41,051 nucleotides of DNA from IMG/VR virus record IMGVR_UViG_3300039159_000055, positions 1 to 41,051 of that record. One strand, 5' to 3'. Below, in pieces: positions 26,881 through 36,526 of this stretch (its first letter is position 1; the number at the start of each line of letters is the position of its first letter). This stretch comes from a virus (Duplodnaviria > Caudoviricetes). A program made the position numbers and the translations under genes. The notes beneath the pieces are model-generated. The model made no database searches and was not told the DNA's origin. It was given only the letters and a program-made list of their open reading frames with translations.

Positions 26881-27440
26881 CCTGCATCAGTCACGGCCTC
26901 GAAGTAGCTGCTTGCCAGCGTGAGCTTTTGCATGGTGTCGATTAGGACAGCCCATGAGTCAATTGGCATGATTTCTCTTAGCTGCATAATTTCTTCAACC
27001 GTAAACTCAGAAGAGTCTTCGTTGCCCTCAAGGTCAGTTACTTTTACAATGTTCCACGCGATTAACGCACAAAGGTAGTGCTTCACCCAGCCAGGATCGT
27101 TGGTCTCTTCGGCATCTGGGTAAAGCTTGTTGGCTTCTTCTGTGGCCTTCTCAACAAGCCCTTGTCCTACACCCTTCATGTGGAAAGTAAGCTTGGAATC
27201 CCTGATAGCCTTGGCCAGCTCATCCATCTTATCCACAGCGGCGGCGTATTCGGGAGTCTCTGGGTCTAGGGTTTTAGCCAAAGCCTCTAGCTCAGCAAAC
27301 TCGTATGCAGAGGCTGCGTCAATGTAAACATCAACTGCCTTCTCTGGGAATGCGCGACCCTTGATCGCGTCTACTAGGGAGAACTTGCCCTTTTTCTGGG
27401 CTGCCTCAACCATGTCAATTACATTGTTTTCATCGCTCAT
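26862..27440 (-). CDS. tail assembly chaperone (gpG-like)
   Basis: Between major tail and tape measure genes; slippery site at its end. Confidence 0.85.
   Translation of the reverse strand: MSDENNVIDMVEAAQKKGKFSLVDAIKGRAFPEKAVDVYIDAASAYEFAELEALAKTLDPETPEYAAAVDKMDELAKAIRDSKLTFHMKGVGQGLVEKATEEANKLYPDAEETNDPGWVKHYLCALIAWNIVKVTDLEGNEDSSEFTVEEIMQLREIMPIDSWAVLIDTMQKLTLASSYFEAVTDAGFLPKS
26874..26880 (-). other. programmed -1 frameshift site T TTT TTA
   Basis: GGT TTT TTA just before the chaperone stop codon. Confidence 0.85.
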
Positions 27441-27477
27441 TTTGTGCCTTCCGTTTATCGCCGCTTATGAGGTGAAA

Positions 27478-27516
27478 GATTGGGTGGGGTAAACGGGCGC
27501 AAAACCCCACCCAATC
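27478..27516 (-). terminator. hairpin/attenuator after major tail gene
   Basis: 13-bp perfect stem, 13-nt loop, only a short U-tract. Confidence 0.65.
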
Positions 27517-27529
27517 AGTTTGTTAGATG

Positions 27530-28612
27530 TTAGGCTACAGTTGTAACGTTAACACCAAGCTTGCCTTGAGGGGCAAAGTTGACCATGAACTTAACGCTGT
27601 CTTCACCTTCGGTGTTGTCCATGAATGCGTCTGCAATGAACTTGAATGCAGATACTTCCTGGCCAATTGCAAGGGCAGTTGAAGCAGGGATTCCTACACG
27701 GGTAACCAAGAAGCCAGTTGGGCGTGTGCCGTCCGTAGCTGCCTTGAATGCCTCGTAGGTGTTGTAGTAAGCTCCAGTGGTCTCCGAGGTAATACCGCGG
27801 AAGAACATAAGCGAACCGGAGAACTGAGCGAAACCACGAGTCTGTACCTGACCTTCGTCAAGGATACCGCGGTCATCGATCTTGTTCGAGTCAGAAGCGC
27901 CTAGGTCGTAGCTGTCCCAAGCGATTGATTCGGTTAGGTCAATTGAACCAGCAGCTGCAATGTCAGCAATCGAAGGTGCCTGCACGAAGTCATCTTCGGT
28001 TCCATCTACGTTATATACTGGAACCCAGTAGACGCGGATCTTACCGTTAGAGGTTGACTTGGTTCCAACTACTGTCTTTAGCAGTGGGCCTGCGCCAGCT
28101 GTTCCGGCTGCAACTGCAACGTTAACCCGAACTTCACCAGTGGTCAAGAAGCGAGCACCTGTGCGGATCATTTCCCCATCGCCAACAAGCTCAACTGGGA
28201 AGTCGGTACGCAAGCCGTACATGCTTACCTCGTCACCAGCGGCGAATGCTGCATCGTGAACTTTACCAATACGCTTGATTAGGAAGTACTTTACGTCAGG
28301 AGCCGCAAACAAGGTGCGGAACTGGTTGTAAACCGAGTCAGCTGCCAAGTTCTCATCACGGAATCCGTCTAGAGAGGCTTCGTAGTTACTGTAGGTTGGG
28401 GTTGTGACAGTTGCATTGTCAACAATGGCGAGCGAGTCGTCAGTGTCTGAATCTGTCATGTTTAGTGTGTAGTCATCTGTAATAGCTGGCGAGATGTTGA
28501 ATACCTTAGTAGCGTCAGTGATCTCGGTCAGCGTTGGAGCTGTCCAGTCTGCAAACGCATCTGCGGTAGCAACATAAATACCAACGTTGGGCCTTAGCAT
28601 TTTACTTGCCAT
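27530..28612 (-). CDS. major tail protein with tandem duplicated tube domain
   Basis: Two similar halves (APTLTEI/APSIADI; FLIKRIG/FLVTRVG; VNVAVAA/VNVTTVA). Confidence 0.85.
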   Translation of the reverse strand: MASKMLRPNVGIYVATADAFADWTAPTLTEITDATKVFNISPAITDDYTLNMTDSDTDDSLAIVDNATVTTPTYSNYEASLDGFRDENLAADSVYNQFRTLFAAPDVKYFLIKRIGKVHDAAFAAGDEVSMYGLRTDFPVELVGDGEMIRTGARFLTTGEVRVNVAVAAGTAGAGPLLKTVVGTKSTSNGKIRVYWVPVYNVDGTEDDFVQAPSIADIAAAGSIDLTESIAWDSYDLGASDSNKIDDRGILDEGQVQTRGFAQFSGSLMFFRGITSETTGAYYNTYEAFKAATDGTRPTGFLVTRVGIPASTALAIGQEVSAFKFIADAFMDNTEGEDSVKFMVNFAPQGKLGVNVTTVA

Positions 28613-28615
28613 GGT

Positions 28616-28894
28616 CTATTCCTCGTTCTCTTTAGTGTTGTCTGGAGCGGACTGCTCCTGGATTTCAGTTCCTACTGGCCTCTCCCAAACAGTGCCATCC
28701 TGGACAAGGTCATCGCCGTCCCCATCAATAGCATTTGGAACATACTCAGCAAGCTTCTTTTTCTTTTTATCTGTTGGTGCGGCCTTGACCTCTGAGCCAA
28801 GTAGCTCTAGGTCATTGCCCAAAACGGAATGCCCAATGTAGTGGTCTGGCACCGTGACAGTTTTACCCGTCCTAGTGTTAATAGCAATAGCCAT
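28616..28894 (-). CDS. small virion-associated hypothetical protein
   Basis: GAAGGA RBS, ATG28894; DGDGDDLVQDGT motif. Confidence 0.65.
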   Translation of the reverse strand: MAIAINTRTGKTVTVPDHYIGHSVLGNDLELLGSEVKAAPTDKKKKKLAEYVPNAIDGDGDDLVQDGTVWERPVGTEIQEQSAPDNTKENEE

Positions 28895-28919
28895 TATAAT
28901 CCTTCCAATCTTTACTATT

Positions 28920-29345
28920 TTACCATACAGTGTTGACCTGAAGAAGGAATCCCAGGTCAAGTACGTATCGGTTTGGTTTGGTTTCTACGTTTGCATAGTC
29001 AACAGCACCACCAGCAAATCTTATTTCTCCAGCATCAATTGGCTGGAAGCCAACAAGCTTATTCTTTACGAGGTCTGATATCTGCCTCGGAGCCCTTTCG
29101 GAGTCTGCAATGCAGGTTACCAGAAAGTAAGACTCAGCTGCATCGTACCTGGCACTTAGGATCCCGTTGCCAATGCTGGTTGGATACATGTCGGAATACT
29201 GCACAACAATGTAGGGGAGCAGGTTGCCAGCTGCGTCAAACTTAAGCTTGCTATCTTCCGGTGCTGCAGTCTCGTAGACATCCTGAGACAGCTCTCTTAG
29301 CTTGGCTGTAATCTGGTCTTGAACTGCAAGAAGGTCTAGGCTCAT
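28920..29345 (-). CDS. tail terminator
   Basis: Synteny; PYIVV motif, 141 aa. Confidence 0.7.
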   Translation of the reverse strand: MSLDLLAVQDQITAKLRELSQDVYETAAPEDSKLKFDAAGNLLPYIVVQYSDMYPTSIGNGILSARYDAAESYFLVTCIADSERAPRQISDLVKNKLVGFQPIDAGEIRFAGGAVDYANVETKPNRYVLDLGFLLQVNTVW

Positions 29346-29986
29346 TAGCGCCTCTCATTGGGCTTAAGGAAAAACTCTACAAATGCTTTGTTAAACTGCT
29401 TGTTTGCGTAAGGCTCCAGCTCCACCCTTGTGCGCAGTATTGCGTTCATTGGCTTAATACCCGTCTTCGTGCCCTGCTCCTGAAAGCCATAGTACTTGTG
29501 CCATTTTCTTACCCAGCCAATTTCGACATCTGCAAACTTGCTGCCAGACCTGCGTTGCATAAACGCAACTGAGCTCTTCATCCTGCCAGTTTCGACTCGC
29601 ATGTACTTCTGCATGATATCTTTGCCGCGTTGGCCTATGTCTGAAAGAGCCTTGCTTAGCGAAGAGGAAAGCTCACCAGAACCACCTGGAAGGTTGAAGT
29701 TTAGTTGCGTACCAAAGCCTCCATCTCTAGAGTCAATGTAAATGCCAAAACCCTTGTCGGTTCTGTTGTTAGCCCTGGAGAGCTGTTTGATTTTTTGATT
29801 CATCTCTTTAATAGACTTACGAACAGACCGGATGGATCTGTCATAGTCCTGGAAATCAATCCTAACTACAAGCTTGTTTCTAAAGTTAGCCTTACCAGAA
29901 GTGCTCATGCCCTCTGCGGAACTTGAGCTTCTGTTTGACCTGCTTGCCTTCGGGTTTCTGTAGTCTTCCGGGCTGTACTTAAACAT
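29345..29986 (-). CDS. HK97 gp10-like tail completion protein
   Basis: RVETGRMKSSV...YYGFQEQGT; start uncertain (29986 or 30004). Confidence 0.7.
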   Translation of the reverse strand: MFKYSPEDYRNPKASRSNRSSSSAEGMSTSGKANFRNKLVVRIDFQDYDRSIRSVRKSIKEMNQKIKQLSRANNRTDKGFGIYIDSRDGGFGTQLNFNLPGGSGELSSSLSKALSDIGQRGKDIMQKYMRVETGRMKSSVAFMQRRSGSKFADVEIGWVRKWHKYYGFQEQGTKTGIKPMNAILRTRVELEPYANKQFNKAFVEFFLKPNERR

Positions 29987-30449
29987 TATTTGGGTCCAGC
30001 TCAATGTCAGCTTTGCACAATAGGGTGCGTTCCCAGGCGTTGCTGGAGTTCAATACACCCACAACCACGTAGATAAAGTTTTCGAGAGTTGTATTGTAGG
30101 GCGAAGAGGTGACCCTAATCCTGTTATTGGGCCTAATGTCTGGGATTATTCCACCAGATCCAGTCAGTGAGTTTTTGCCAAGTGGCAAGATTACCCGCAC
30201 GGTTTGCAGGTTAGTAGGGTTATAGTCCTGAGTAGTGTCGGTGGCAGATGAAGTTGGCGGTTGTATCCTGGCTGGGCCGGTGTACAAGTCGGTTGCGTTC
30301 CCACTCCAAGTGTTGGTTTCTGCATCGTAGGTCTTAGCACCAGACTCGGCGTTATACACCTGCACAGTGGCAACCTGCAGCCCATAAGAGACGGACTGGT
30401 TGTGGGTCACCCAGCGGGGATCTATTGCGCTTCTGCTATTTAGAGCCAT
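29979..30449 (-). CDS. head-to-tail stopper (DUF6093-like)
   Basis: YDAET...LYTGPARIQP; synteny. Confidence 0.7.
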   Translation of the reverse strand: MALNSRSAIDPRWVTHNQSVSYGLQVATVQVYNAESGAKTYDAETNTWSGNATDLYTGPARIQPPTSSATDTTQDYNPTNLQTVRVILPLGKNSLTGSGGIIPDIRPNNRIRVTSSPYNTTLENFIYVVVGVLNSSNAWERTLLCKADIELDPNNV

Positions 30450-30841
30450 GAGTTATCAGGCTTGATGTTTAGCGAGACGATTGAAATCTCTTCGTAGGAG
30501 TCTTCCGAGTCATCTTTGTCGGCTTCTGTGCGAAGGTCAGCGGCTTGCGCTCGTAGCTCTGCACCAAGCTTTGCGCCGTCAGTGGCATAGTCACCAGTGC
30601 GGATAACCTTGTTGATCAACGCTTCGCTAGTTGCCAGTACAAGCTTGGCCTGAGCCGCTGCCCGCTTTACATTAGTTCCGTAAAGGCTCAGGAAGGCTTG
30701 GATCTGTGAGTCATTAAAGATGTACTCAGCAGATGCCGAGGGGTTGGCTAGGTTGCTTAGCTGATCTGTATCGGGAATTAGTAGGCGAACCTGCCCGATA
30801 GCAGTCGAGTAGTCGGGCGGCGTCACGTCGGTTAATGGCAT
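30440..30841 (-). CDS. head-to-tail adaptor
   Basis: IGQVRLLIPDT...FNDSQIQAFL...AAA. Confidence 0.8.
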   Translation of the reverse strand: MPLTDVTPPDYSTAIGQVRLLIPDTDQLSNLANPSASAEYIFNDSQIQAFLSLYGTNVKRAAAQAKLVLATSEALINKVIRTGDYATDGAKLGAELRAQAADLRTEADKDDSEDSYEEISIVSLNIKPDNSWL

Positions 30842-30861
30842 GGGTCTATTGTATCAGGATG

Positions 30862-31206
30862 CTATGGCGTATCAAACTGGACTGCTTCCCAGTCCCCTAG
30901 CTCTTCACTCCAAGAGTACATTAGGTCATCTTCTGGGTACGGGATGGGTGCTACCCACTGTGCAGTCTCTTCAACTAGCAACCAAGACTCAAAAGGCTTA
31001 GGCGGAATAAATGCATCTAGCTCTTCATCAAACGTAAATCCAATTCCTGCATAGTTTTTGCGAATGTTTGCGTTGTAGGAAGTCTTGACCCAAGTGCCAC
31101 CGAGGTTTTCAATCAACCAGTCGTAGCCTTCGTTAGGTGCATCGTTGTCTGTAACCAATACTCTAGTGACGATGTTGTTTTCGTCTAGTTCTGCAAAGTG
31201 TGCCAT
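30862..31206 (-). CDS. fibre-associated hypothetical protein
   Basis: MAHFAELDENNIV...TSYN..IRKNYAGIG...DAFIPPKPF.SW, typically found after Gly-rich fibre genes. Confidence 0.75.
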   Translation of the reverse strand: MAHFAELDENNIVTRVLVTDNDAPNEGYDWLIENLGGTWVKTSYNANIRKNYAGIGFTFDEELDAFIPPKPFESWLLVEETAQWVAPIPYPEDDLMYSWSEELGDWEAVQFDTP

Positions 31207-31221
31207 TTGTTGCCTTTCTCT

Positions 31222-32748
31222 TTATACATAAGGATACCTAATAATTACAATTCCTGAGCCGCCAGGAGGGGCAGAGCCAGACTGTCCGCCAGATCCACCA
31301 CCACCAGTATTGGGACTGCCACTACCAGCGTTGTCAGGAGCGCTCGGGCCACCTCGCCGGCCACCACCGTCCACAGCAGTACCATCTCCATTCTGACCAC
31401 CCGCACCGCCACCGCCATAACGTGATAAAGCTCCGGAAATTGAAGAGCCTATACCTATTCCACCATTTATTCCTGAGCCAGAACCTCCCGCCCCAGCTCC
31501 TGCCCCTGCGCTGGCAAACCTACCATCTACTGAGCCTGAAGCCTGTGTTCCTGAAAAATCAACGTTTGATCCCCCCGACCAACCACTTGGATTGCTGCCT
31601 CCGCCTGTTGCAGACACTGCTATAAATGTACTACCGTTACCATTACTAGAGTCTCCACCTCCTGCACCTACCACAACAGTATGAGCAGATTGAGACACTG
31701 ATAGCGTCCCTGACCTAAATACCCCTGAAGCACCACCACCACCGTAATTTACGCCGTTTGTTCCTCGACCACCGCCACCGCCACCAGCAACTATTAGATA
31801 CTCAACGTTAGTTGGGTTTGCTGTAACAGTAAATGTGCCTGAAGAACTAAATACGTGAGTCCTAAATCCACCAGCAGTTGTAACAGTGCCGCCAGTTGCC
31901 TCCATGTTGACAGGCGTAAAGGTATACCGAATAATTACAATTCCTGAGCCGCCGTTGCCGCCTTGTGGGCCGCCATCTCCTGTATTTGCAGAAGCTGCAG
32001 CTCCCACAGACTTTCCATTACTCCCTCCTGCTGCGTATAATGAACCATTAAGCCAGCTTTTTCCGGGGCCAAAACCTGATGCTTCATTGCCAGTAGCATT
32101 ACCGCCTGCGCCGCCGCCGCCACCGCCAGCTATCCCACTGCGCCCATTACCGCCAAATCCAGAGAGTCCTCCAGATGAACCCTGTGTTGCGGAACCACCA
32201 GAACCATATGATGTCCCATCATAGCCACTGCCACCACCAGACCCCCCGTTAGCACCATTCAAATTTGGCCCACCGCCACTACGGCCACCGCCAATGCTTG
32301 TCGCAGTATCAAAAACGGAGTTTGCTCCATTAGTTCCTGAGGCAAAATTAGGGTAAGCCCCGGTCCCTCCTGCACCTAGAGTAACTAGGTAGCTTTTGAT
32401 TGAAGAAATTATAGTCCCTTCTAGATACCCGCCGCCACCACCGCCGCCAGCATTGTTAAAATAACCACTTCCGCCGCCGCCTGCAACTACTAAAACCTCA
32501 AGATTTCCAGAACCGCTAGTTACTGTAAACGTTCCTGAGCTAGTGAATGTGTGCACCCGGAAGTTGCCCGATTGCGTGATCGTGCCCCCTGTAGCTTGCA
32601 TGTTGACCGGGGTTGCGGAATACCAAAGCTTCCAGTCACCGCCGATTTTGGCCCAGCCCTCAGCTACCTCTTTCCAGCTACCGCCGATGCGGGCATGAAC
32701 TATAGCAATGTCTTTATAGGTGTCAGAAACTCTTGCTTGTGCAGTCAT
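31222..32748 (-). CDS. glycine-rich fibre protein with two tandem domains
   Basis: Two copies of ATGG...HxFxSSGTFTV...GGSGIVIIRY. Confidence 0.8.
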   Translation of the reverse strand: MTAQARVSDTYKDIAIVHARIGGSWKEVAEGWAKIGGDWKLWYSATPVNMQATGGTITQSGNFRVHTFTSSGTFTVTSGSGNLEVLVVAGGGGSGYFNNAGGGGGGGYLEGTIISSIKSYLVTLGAGGTGAYPNFASGTNGANSVFDTATSIGGGRSGGGPNLNGANGGSGGGSGYDGTSYGSGGSATQGSSGGLSGFGGNGRSGIAGGGGGGAGGNATGNEASGFGPGKSWLNGSLYAAGGSNGKSVGAAASANTGDGGPQGGNGGSGIVIIRYTFTPVNMEATGGTVTTAGGFRTHVFSSSGTFTVTANPTNVEYLIVAGGGGGGRGTNGVNYGGGGASGVFRSGTLSVSQSAHTVVVGAGGGDSSNGNGSTFIAVSATGGGSNPSGWSGGSNVDFSGTQASGSVDGRFASAGAGAGAGGSGSGINGGIGIGSSISGALSRYGGGGAGGQNGDGTAVDGGGRRGGPSAPDNAGSGSPNTGGGGSGGQSGSAPPGGSGIVIIRYPYV

Positions 32749-32749
32749 C

Positions 32750-33172
32750 TTATGCGGTGTACTTCAGCCAGACATCGCCGTCGGCTCCACCTGATGGGTC
32801 TGAAGTAGAAAGGGTAATGTTACGGACTACGTTCTGATCTGTGGCGGCAGTAGTCACAGCGCCATTAGTTTCAAGTACCCTAGCGTCTAGCTGGGTTTGG
32901 ATTGCCGAGGTCACGCCATCCGTAAAGTTCAATTCCGCTGCCGTAGCTGTTAGGTCGGTGATGTCTGCAACTTCAAGGCTAGCTAAAGCATCAGAATTAG
33001 CCTGAATAGAAGTAGAGTCAAAGCTAATGTCAGCTCCGGTCAGCACGACTGGTGAAGTCGCAGTTAGGCCAACGCCTACAGCCTGCCAGGTTGAACCGTC
33101 CCACTTCCAAGTTCTATCACCAGCGGTGAAGGATTGATCTATGGCTGGGCTGTCTGGAAAGTTAATAGGCAT
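32750..33172 (-). CDS. fibre adaptor-like protein
   Basis: MPINFPDSP...WKWDGSTW; C-terminal PSGGADGDVWLKY. Confidence 0.65.
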   Translation of the reverse strand: MPINFPDSPAIDQSFTAGDRTWKWDGSTWQAVGVGLTATSPVVLTGADISFDSTSIQANSDALASLEVADITDLTATAAELNFTDGVTSAIQTQLDARVLETNGAVTTAATDQNVVRNITLSTSDPSGGADGDVWLKYTA

Positions 33173-33210
33173 GTGTCTATTGTATCCTACTCTGGGAAGC
33201 TATAAATAGA

Positions 33211-33354
33211 CTATTCATCTAGGTAACTATCCCAGGATCCAGTCTCGATATTCCAAACAAAATATTCTTCTTTTCCAGTTTCTTCGTTAATGATTGTGAC
33301 TTTGCCAAATTTAGATGCAAGCTCTCTTGGGTCCCCTGCTGCTGCGAATTCCAT
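33211..33354 (-). CDS. hypothetical 47-aa protein
   Basis: MEFAAAGDPRE...YLDE* fills the gap. Confidence 0.5.
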   Translation of the reverse strand: MEFAAAGDPRELASKFGKVTIINEETGKEEYFVWNIETGSWDSYLDE

Positions 33355-33356
33355 AG

Positions 33357-33602
33357 TTACCCAGCCTTGTCCTTTTTATTTTTTACTTCTACCGCTGACC
33401 ACTTTCCCTCAGGGCATTCCGCATGAGGGAGCAGTGTCTTCATTTCCATAAAGCAACTACATATTGTGCACTGCTTTGTAAGGGAAGTAAGTTTGTCGCA
33501 GCTAAGACATTCTTTCATTCTTTGATCTTTTACTTTTGAGTCAACCCACCCTATGGTTGGGTTTAATAAGTCAATAGGCCTTGCTTTTCTCATGCTGATC
33601 AC
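33357..33602 (-). CDS. Cys-rich protein (DUF6171-like)
   Basis: R...CLSC...CTICSCF...K......CPEGKW. Confidence 0.7.
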   Translation of the reverse strand: MISMRKARPIDLLNPTIGWVDSKVKDQRMKECLSCDKLTSLTKQCTICSCFMEMKTLLPHAECPEGKWSAVEVKNKKDKAG

Positions 33603-34303
33603 CTTATCCAGATTTGATTTATTTCGCCTGTAAGCAAGCTACCCGTGCAGGCAGTATACATGGACACAACAATATTATTTGTCATCGTATGAAACCACTC
33701 AAAGGGTTGGGTATTAAATAATTGGTCATACCTATTCGGCGATTCAGAACATGCTGATAGGTTGTTTATGTTTCCATAAACCAAGTTTATTGAACCAGCT
33801 AGAATCCCAGCAGTACCAGCGAAAAAGCCACAGTTTACGTTTGAAACCTGTATGACTCTTGCCTTAACCTTGACCTGGGTTATAGACTTTTCAGTTATCA
33901 ATGGCTGGCTTACTCGTATTAAGCTGGCTCCATTGCCCCCTTGACAATGTAGGGACTGTGCCTGGCTATTGGCAACTCCTGGCCCATTGAATGGGACGCT
34001 GGATTGAATGTTAGCCCTATTACTCACAAGGTCACCACCACCAGATCCAAAAGAGGGGATAAGTGCGCTTGAGTAAGGGCCAAAAACTGGGGATATATTC
34101 ATCCAGCCACCGCCGGAAGTAGTCATGTCACACAGTATCTGATGTTTACTTCCGTCTGAGAAAGATATCCAGTAAAGCCCATCCTGTGATGCGGGAAATC
34201 TTTGCTTAATTTCTGCGGCGCTTGTTGCGGCCCCCGCTGCTGTTAGGCCGTCAATTCTGACAGCAGCAGTACTACCCAAAAGCGCACCCAGAACACCAGA
34301 CAT
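33599..34303 (-). CDS. fibrinogen-C-like/lectin-like domain protein
   Basis: SAAEIK...DGLYWI...CDMTTSGGGW. Confidence 0.7.
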   Translation of the reverse strand: MSGVLGALLGSTAAVRIDGLTAAGAATSAAEIKQRFPASQDGLYWISFSDGSKHQILCDMTTSGGGWMNISPVFGPYSSALIPSFGSGGGDLVSNRANIQSSVPFNGPGVANSQAQSLHCQGGNGASLIRVSQPLITEKSITQVKVKARVIQVSNVNCGFFAGTAGILAGSINLVYGNINNLSACSESPNRYDQLFNTQPFEWFHTMTNNIVVSMYTACTGSLLTGEINQIWIR

Positions 34304-35121
34304 TAGGTAAGTCCATTACCAGAAATCAGCCAGCTAGTGGCCGTTATCTTGACAGCCGTAGCAATTCCAAAGGGCGCAAGGGTTCGTGAGCCAGTCGTTC
34401 CTGGGCCTGCTAGTAAGAGGGTGTCGGTAGTTATAGCTATTGTCATCGTTGCGCCAGTGCCTGCTACAAATACCACAGTCGTGCCAATGGGTAAGGCCAC
34501 CGCAGAGTTGGCTGGGATGGTAACAGTGCGTGTGGCAGATGCGTAAACGTGTCGGCCAGCGTCAGCGGCTACTAGTGTGTAAGCGCCAGTTGTTGTGGTG
34601 TTCTGAGGGATGCCGGTGTAACCAAAACCGGTTGCAGCTGTAGCTAGAGTGCTGCCTTCAGGGCCAGCAGGTAGGTTAGCTGTGCCAATTACGCCAAGAC
34701 CTAGGGTCGCAGATGTCGAAGTGCCAGAGTTTGTTATAGGTGCAGTTACTGCTATTACGCCAGAAGGGCCAGTAGCTCCAGTGGGACCAGTAGGGCCAGT
34801 AGGACCAGTTTCTCCCTGTGGACCCACTGTACCAGTGACCGCCTCTACCCAAAAGCCGTCATAGTAGATATAAAGAGTTCCATCAGTCGAGTCCCACCAA
34901 AGCGGTGTAGCCTCAGTGTCAGTTGGAGCAGTGTCACTGATTGCAACTCCACCACCACCAGATGAGTAACCAAGTGCGGTCCAGGTAGAAGTTCCATCGC
35001 CAAGTTTTAGCTTGTTAGTGTCAGACTCGAAGCCTGGTTCGCCCGATCCCAGCACAGGATTAGCAGTTACCCACTGAGCAGCTGTGCTCCTGCGGAGCTT
35101 AATAACAGTTTGTGCTGGCAT
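34303..35121 (-). CDS. fibre protein: Mtd N-terminal-like domain + short collagen
   Basis: IKLRRSTAAQW..NPVL..GE.GFESDT..LKLGDG...W..L.Y; GPTGPTG. Confidence 0.8.
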   Translation of the reverse strand: MPAQTVIKLRRSTAAQWVTANPVLGSGEPGFESDTNKLKLGDGTSTWTALGYSSGGGGVAISDTAPTDTEATPLWWDSTDGTLYIYYDGFWVEAVTGTVGPQGETGPTGPTGPTGATGPSGVIAVTAPITNSGTSTSATLGLGVIGTANLPAGPEGSTLATAATGFGYTGIPQNTTTTGAYTLVAADAGRHVYASATRTVTIPANSAVALPIGTTVVFVAGTGATMTIAITTDTLLLAGPGTTGSRTLAPFGIATAVKITATSWLISGNGLT

Positions 35122-35152
35122 TAATTAATCCTTAAATTCAAGTTCAATTCTA

Positions 35153-36313
35153 TCATGCAGTCCCGCCGTCTATTACCAGGGCGTTAAGGTCAAGCCCAAT
35201 GTCCGTACCTGAATATGTAATGGGAGATATACCTGCAAGGGCCCCGAGATCTCCTGTGTCACCCTTTGGTATAGTGAAGTCAAATACGGCAGCACCAGTT
35301 GTACCTACGTTTGTGACAACAACTGGATCGGTTGGCGCACCTGTAGTTACAGTTCCGACTGCGATTGTTGCAGCGTCACCTATTGGACCAGTAAGACCAG
35401 TGTCTCCGGTTACTCCAGTGTCACCCTGGACTCCCTGGATGCCCTGAATCCCTTGGATACCCTGCACACCCTGCACACCCTGGAGGGCTAATGGATACCA
35501 GTTAGCAGAGCTGCCAGATGGCACTTCACCCACAACTGGGTCTCCTGATGCAAACCAAGATGCACCATCGTAGAAAACTGCATCGTTATCTACGTAGTCA
35601 GTAAGTGCATCCCACTCACCACGCCATTCAATACCAGTAGCTCCGGTCAGCCCTATGGGCCCTTGGACCCCCTGATCGCCCTGAATACCCTGAATACCGG
35701 TATCACCGCGTGGGATAGTAAAATCAAATACTGCGTCACCAGAAGTGCCAGAGTTTGCAACAGACGCGTTGCTTCCAGCAGCTCCAGTAGTGGTCGTTCC
35801 GAGGGCCACCGTAGCAGCCGCTCCCTGCGGTCCCGTGGCCCCAGTAACTCCGATTGGTCCAGTGGGTCCAACCAGATAGAAAAGCCCGTTAGCACTCGGC
35901 ACAGGGCTTGCGGTAGTGAGGTCTACGGTTGTGTCAAGGGGTAGGGAAATACTAAATGACGGAAGGGGAACTGGGATGTCATCTTGGTCGCTGAGTCTAA
36001 ACTCTACGGTCCAAGTCCAGTTAAGGGGGTTTAGGTCGGGGTCATCAGTGGCAACTAGGCGAACGCCGCGTGTGCCGTCTCCGCCAAGTAGGTAACCACT
36101 TGCATCCAGTACACACTCAACCACTGCTGGGAGTATTGTTACTGGGTTTGGGGTAGATAGTCCATCAAGAAGCTTGATTGGACTTGGCCTAAAGAAAATG
36201 CTACCTTTGGCAGGTACGCCGTCTGGCTGCTGATCTGTATCAGAACCATCTGCATAGGCTAACAGGAACTGACCAACGACAGTTCCAAAGTTTACATTTG
36301 TGGGGAGAGCCAT
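35153..36313 (-). CDS. collagen-like fibre protein
   Basis: Gly-X-Y tracts; two AVFDFTIPxG repeats. Confidence 0.8.
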   Translation of the reverse strand: MALPTNVNFGTVVGQFLLAYADGSDTDQQPDGVPAKGSIFFRPSPIKLLDGLSTPNPVTILPAVVECVLDASGYLLGGDGTRGVRLVATDDPDLNPLNWTWTVEFRLSDQDDIPVPLPSFSISLPLDTTVDLTTASPVPSANGLFYLVGPTGPIGVTGATGPQGAAATVALGTTTTGAAGSNASVANSGTSGDAVFDFTIPRGDTGIQGIQGDQGVQGPIGLTGATGIEWRGEWDALTDYVDNDAVFYDGASWFASGDPVVGEVPSGSSANWYPLALQGVQGVQGIQGIQGIQGVQGDTGVTGDTGLTGPIGDAATIAVGTVTTGAPTDPVVVTNVGTTGAAVFDFTIPKGDTGDLGALAGISPITYSGTDIGLDLNALVIDGGTA

Positions 36314-36331
36314 AATTTTATTCTACCATTC

Positions 36332-36526
36332 CTAAGCGGTTCCGCCGTCAATTACTTCTGGCTGACTTAGTAACCCGTACCCTAAGTCGTTCCAGTTTGT
36401 AATACCATCGCCCAGTTTGATAAGTCTGGTATCTCTTTCAATACCGATTTCACCTTGTGCAAGTATTGGGTTTGCAGCTACCCAGTTTGCAGCTGTGTCG
36501 TTCCTGCTTTGAATCTGTACTGCCAT
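36332..36526 (-). CDS. standalone Mtd N-terminal-like domain protein
   Basis: IQSRNDTAANW..NPILAQGEIGIERDT..IKLGDG..NWNDLGY. Confidence 0.8.
   Translation of the reverse strand: MAVQIQSRNDTAANWVAANPILAQGEIGIERDTRLIKLGDGITNWNDLGYGLLSQPEVIDGGTA

Noticed and set aside
34303-36526. Diversity-generating retroelement suggested by Mtd-N domains
   Set aside because: No reverse transcriptase and no TR/VR repeat pair with adenine-specific mismatches in the window.
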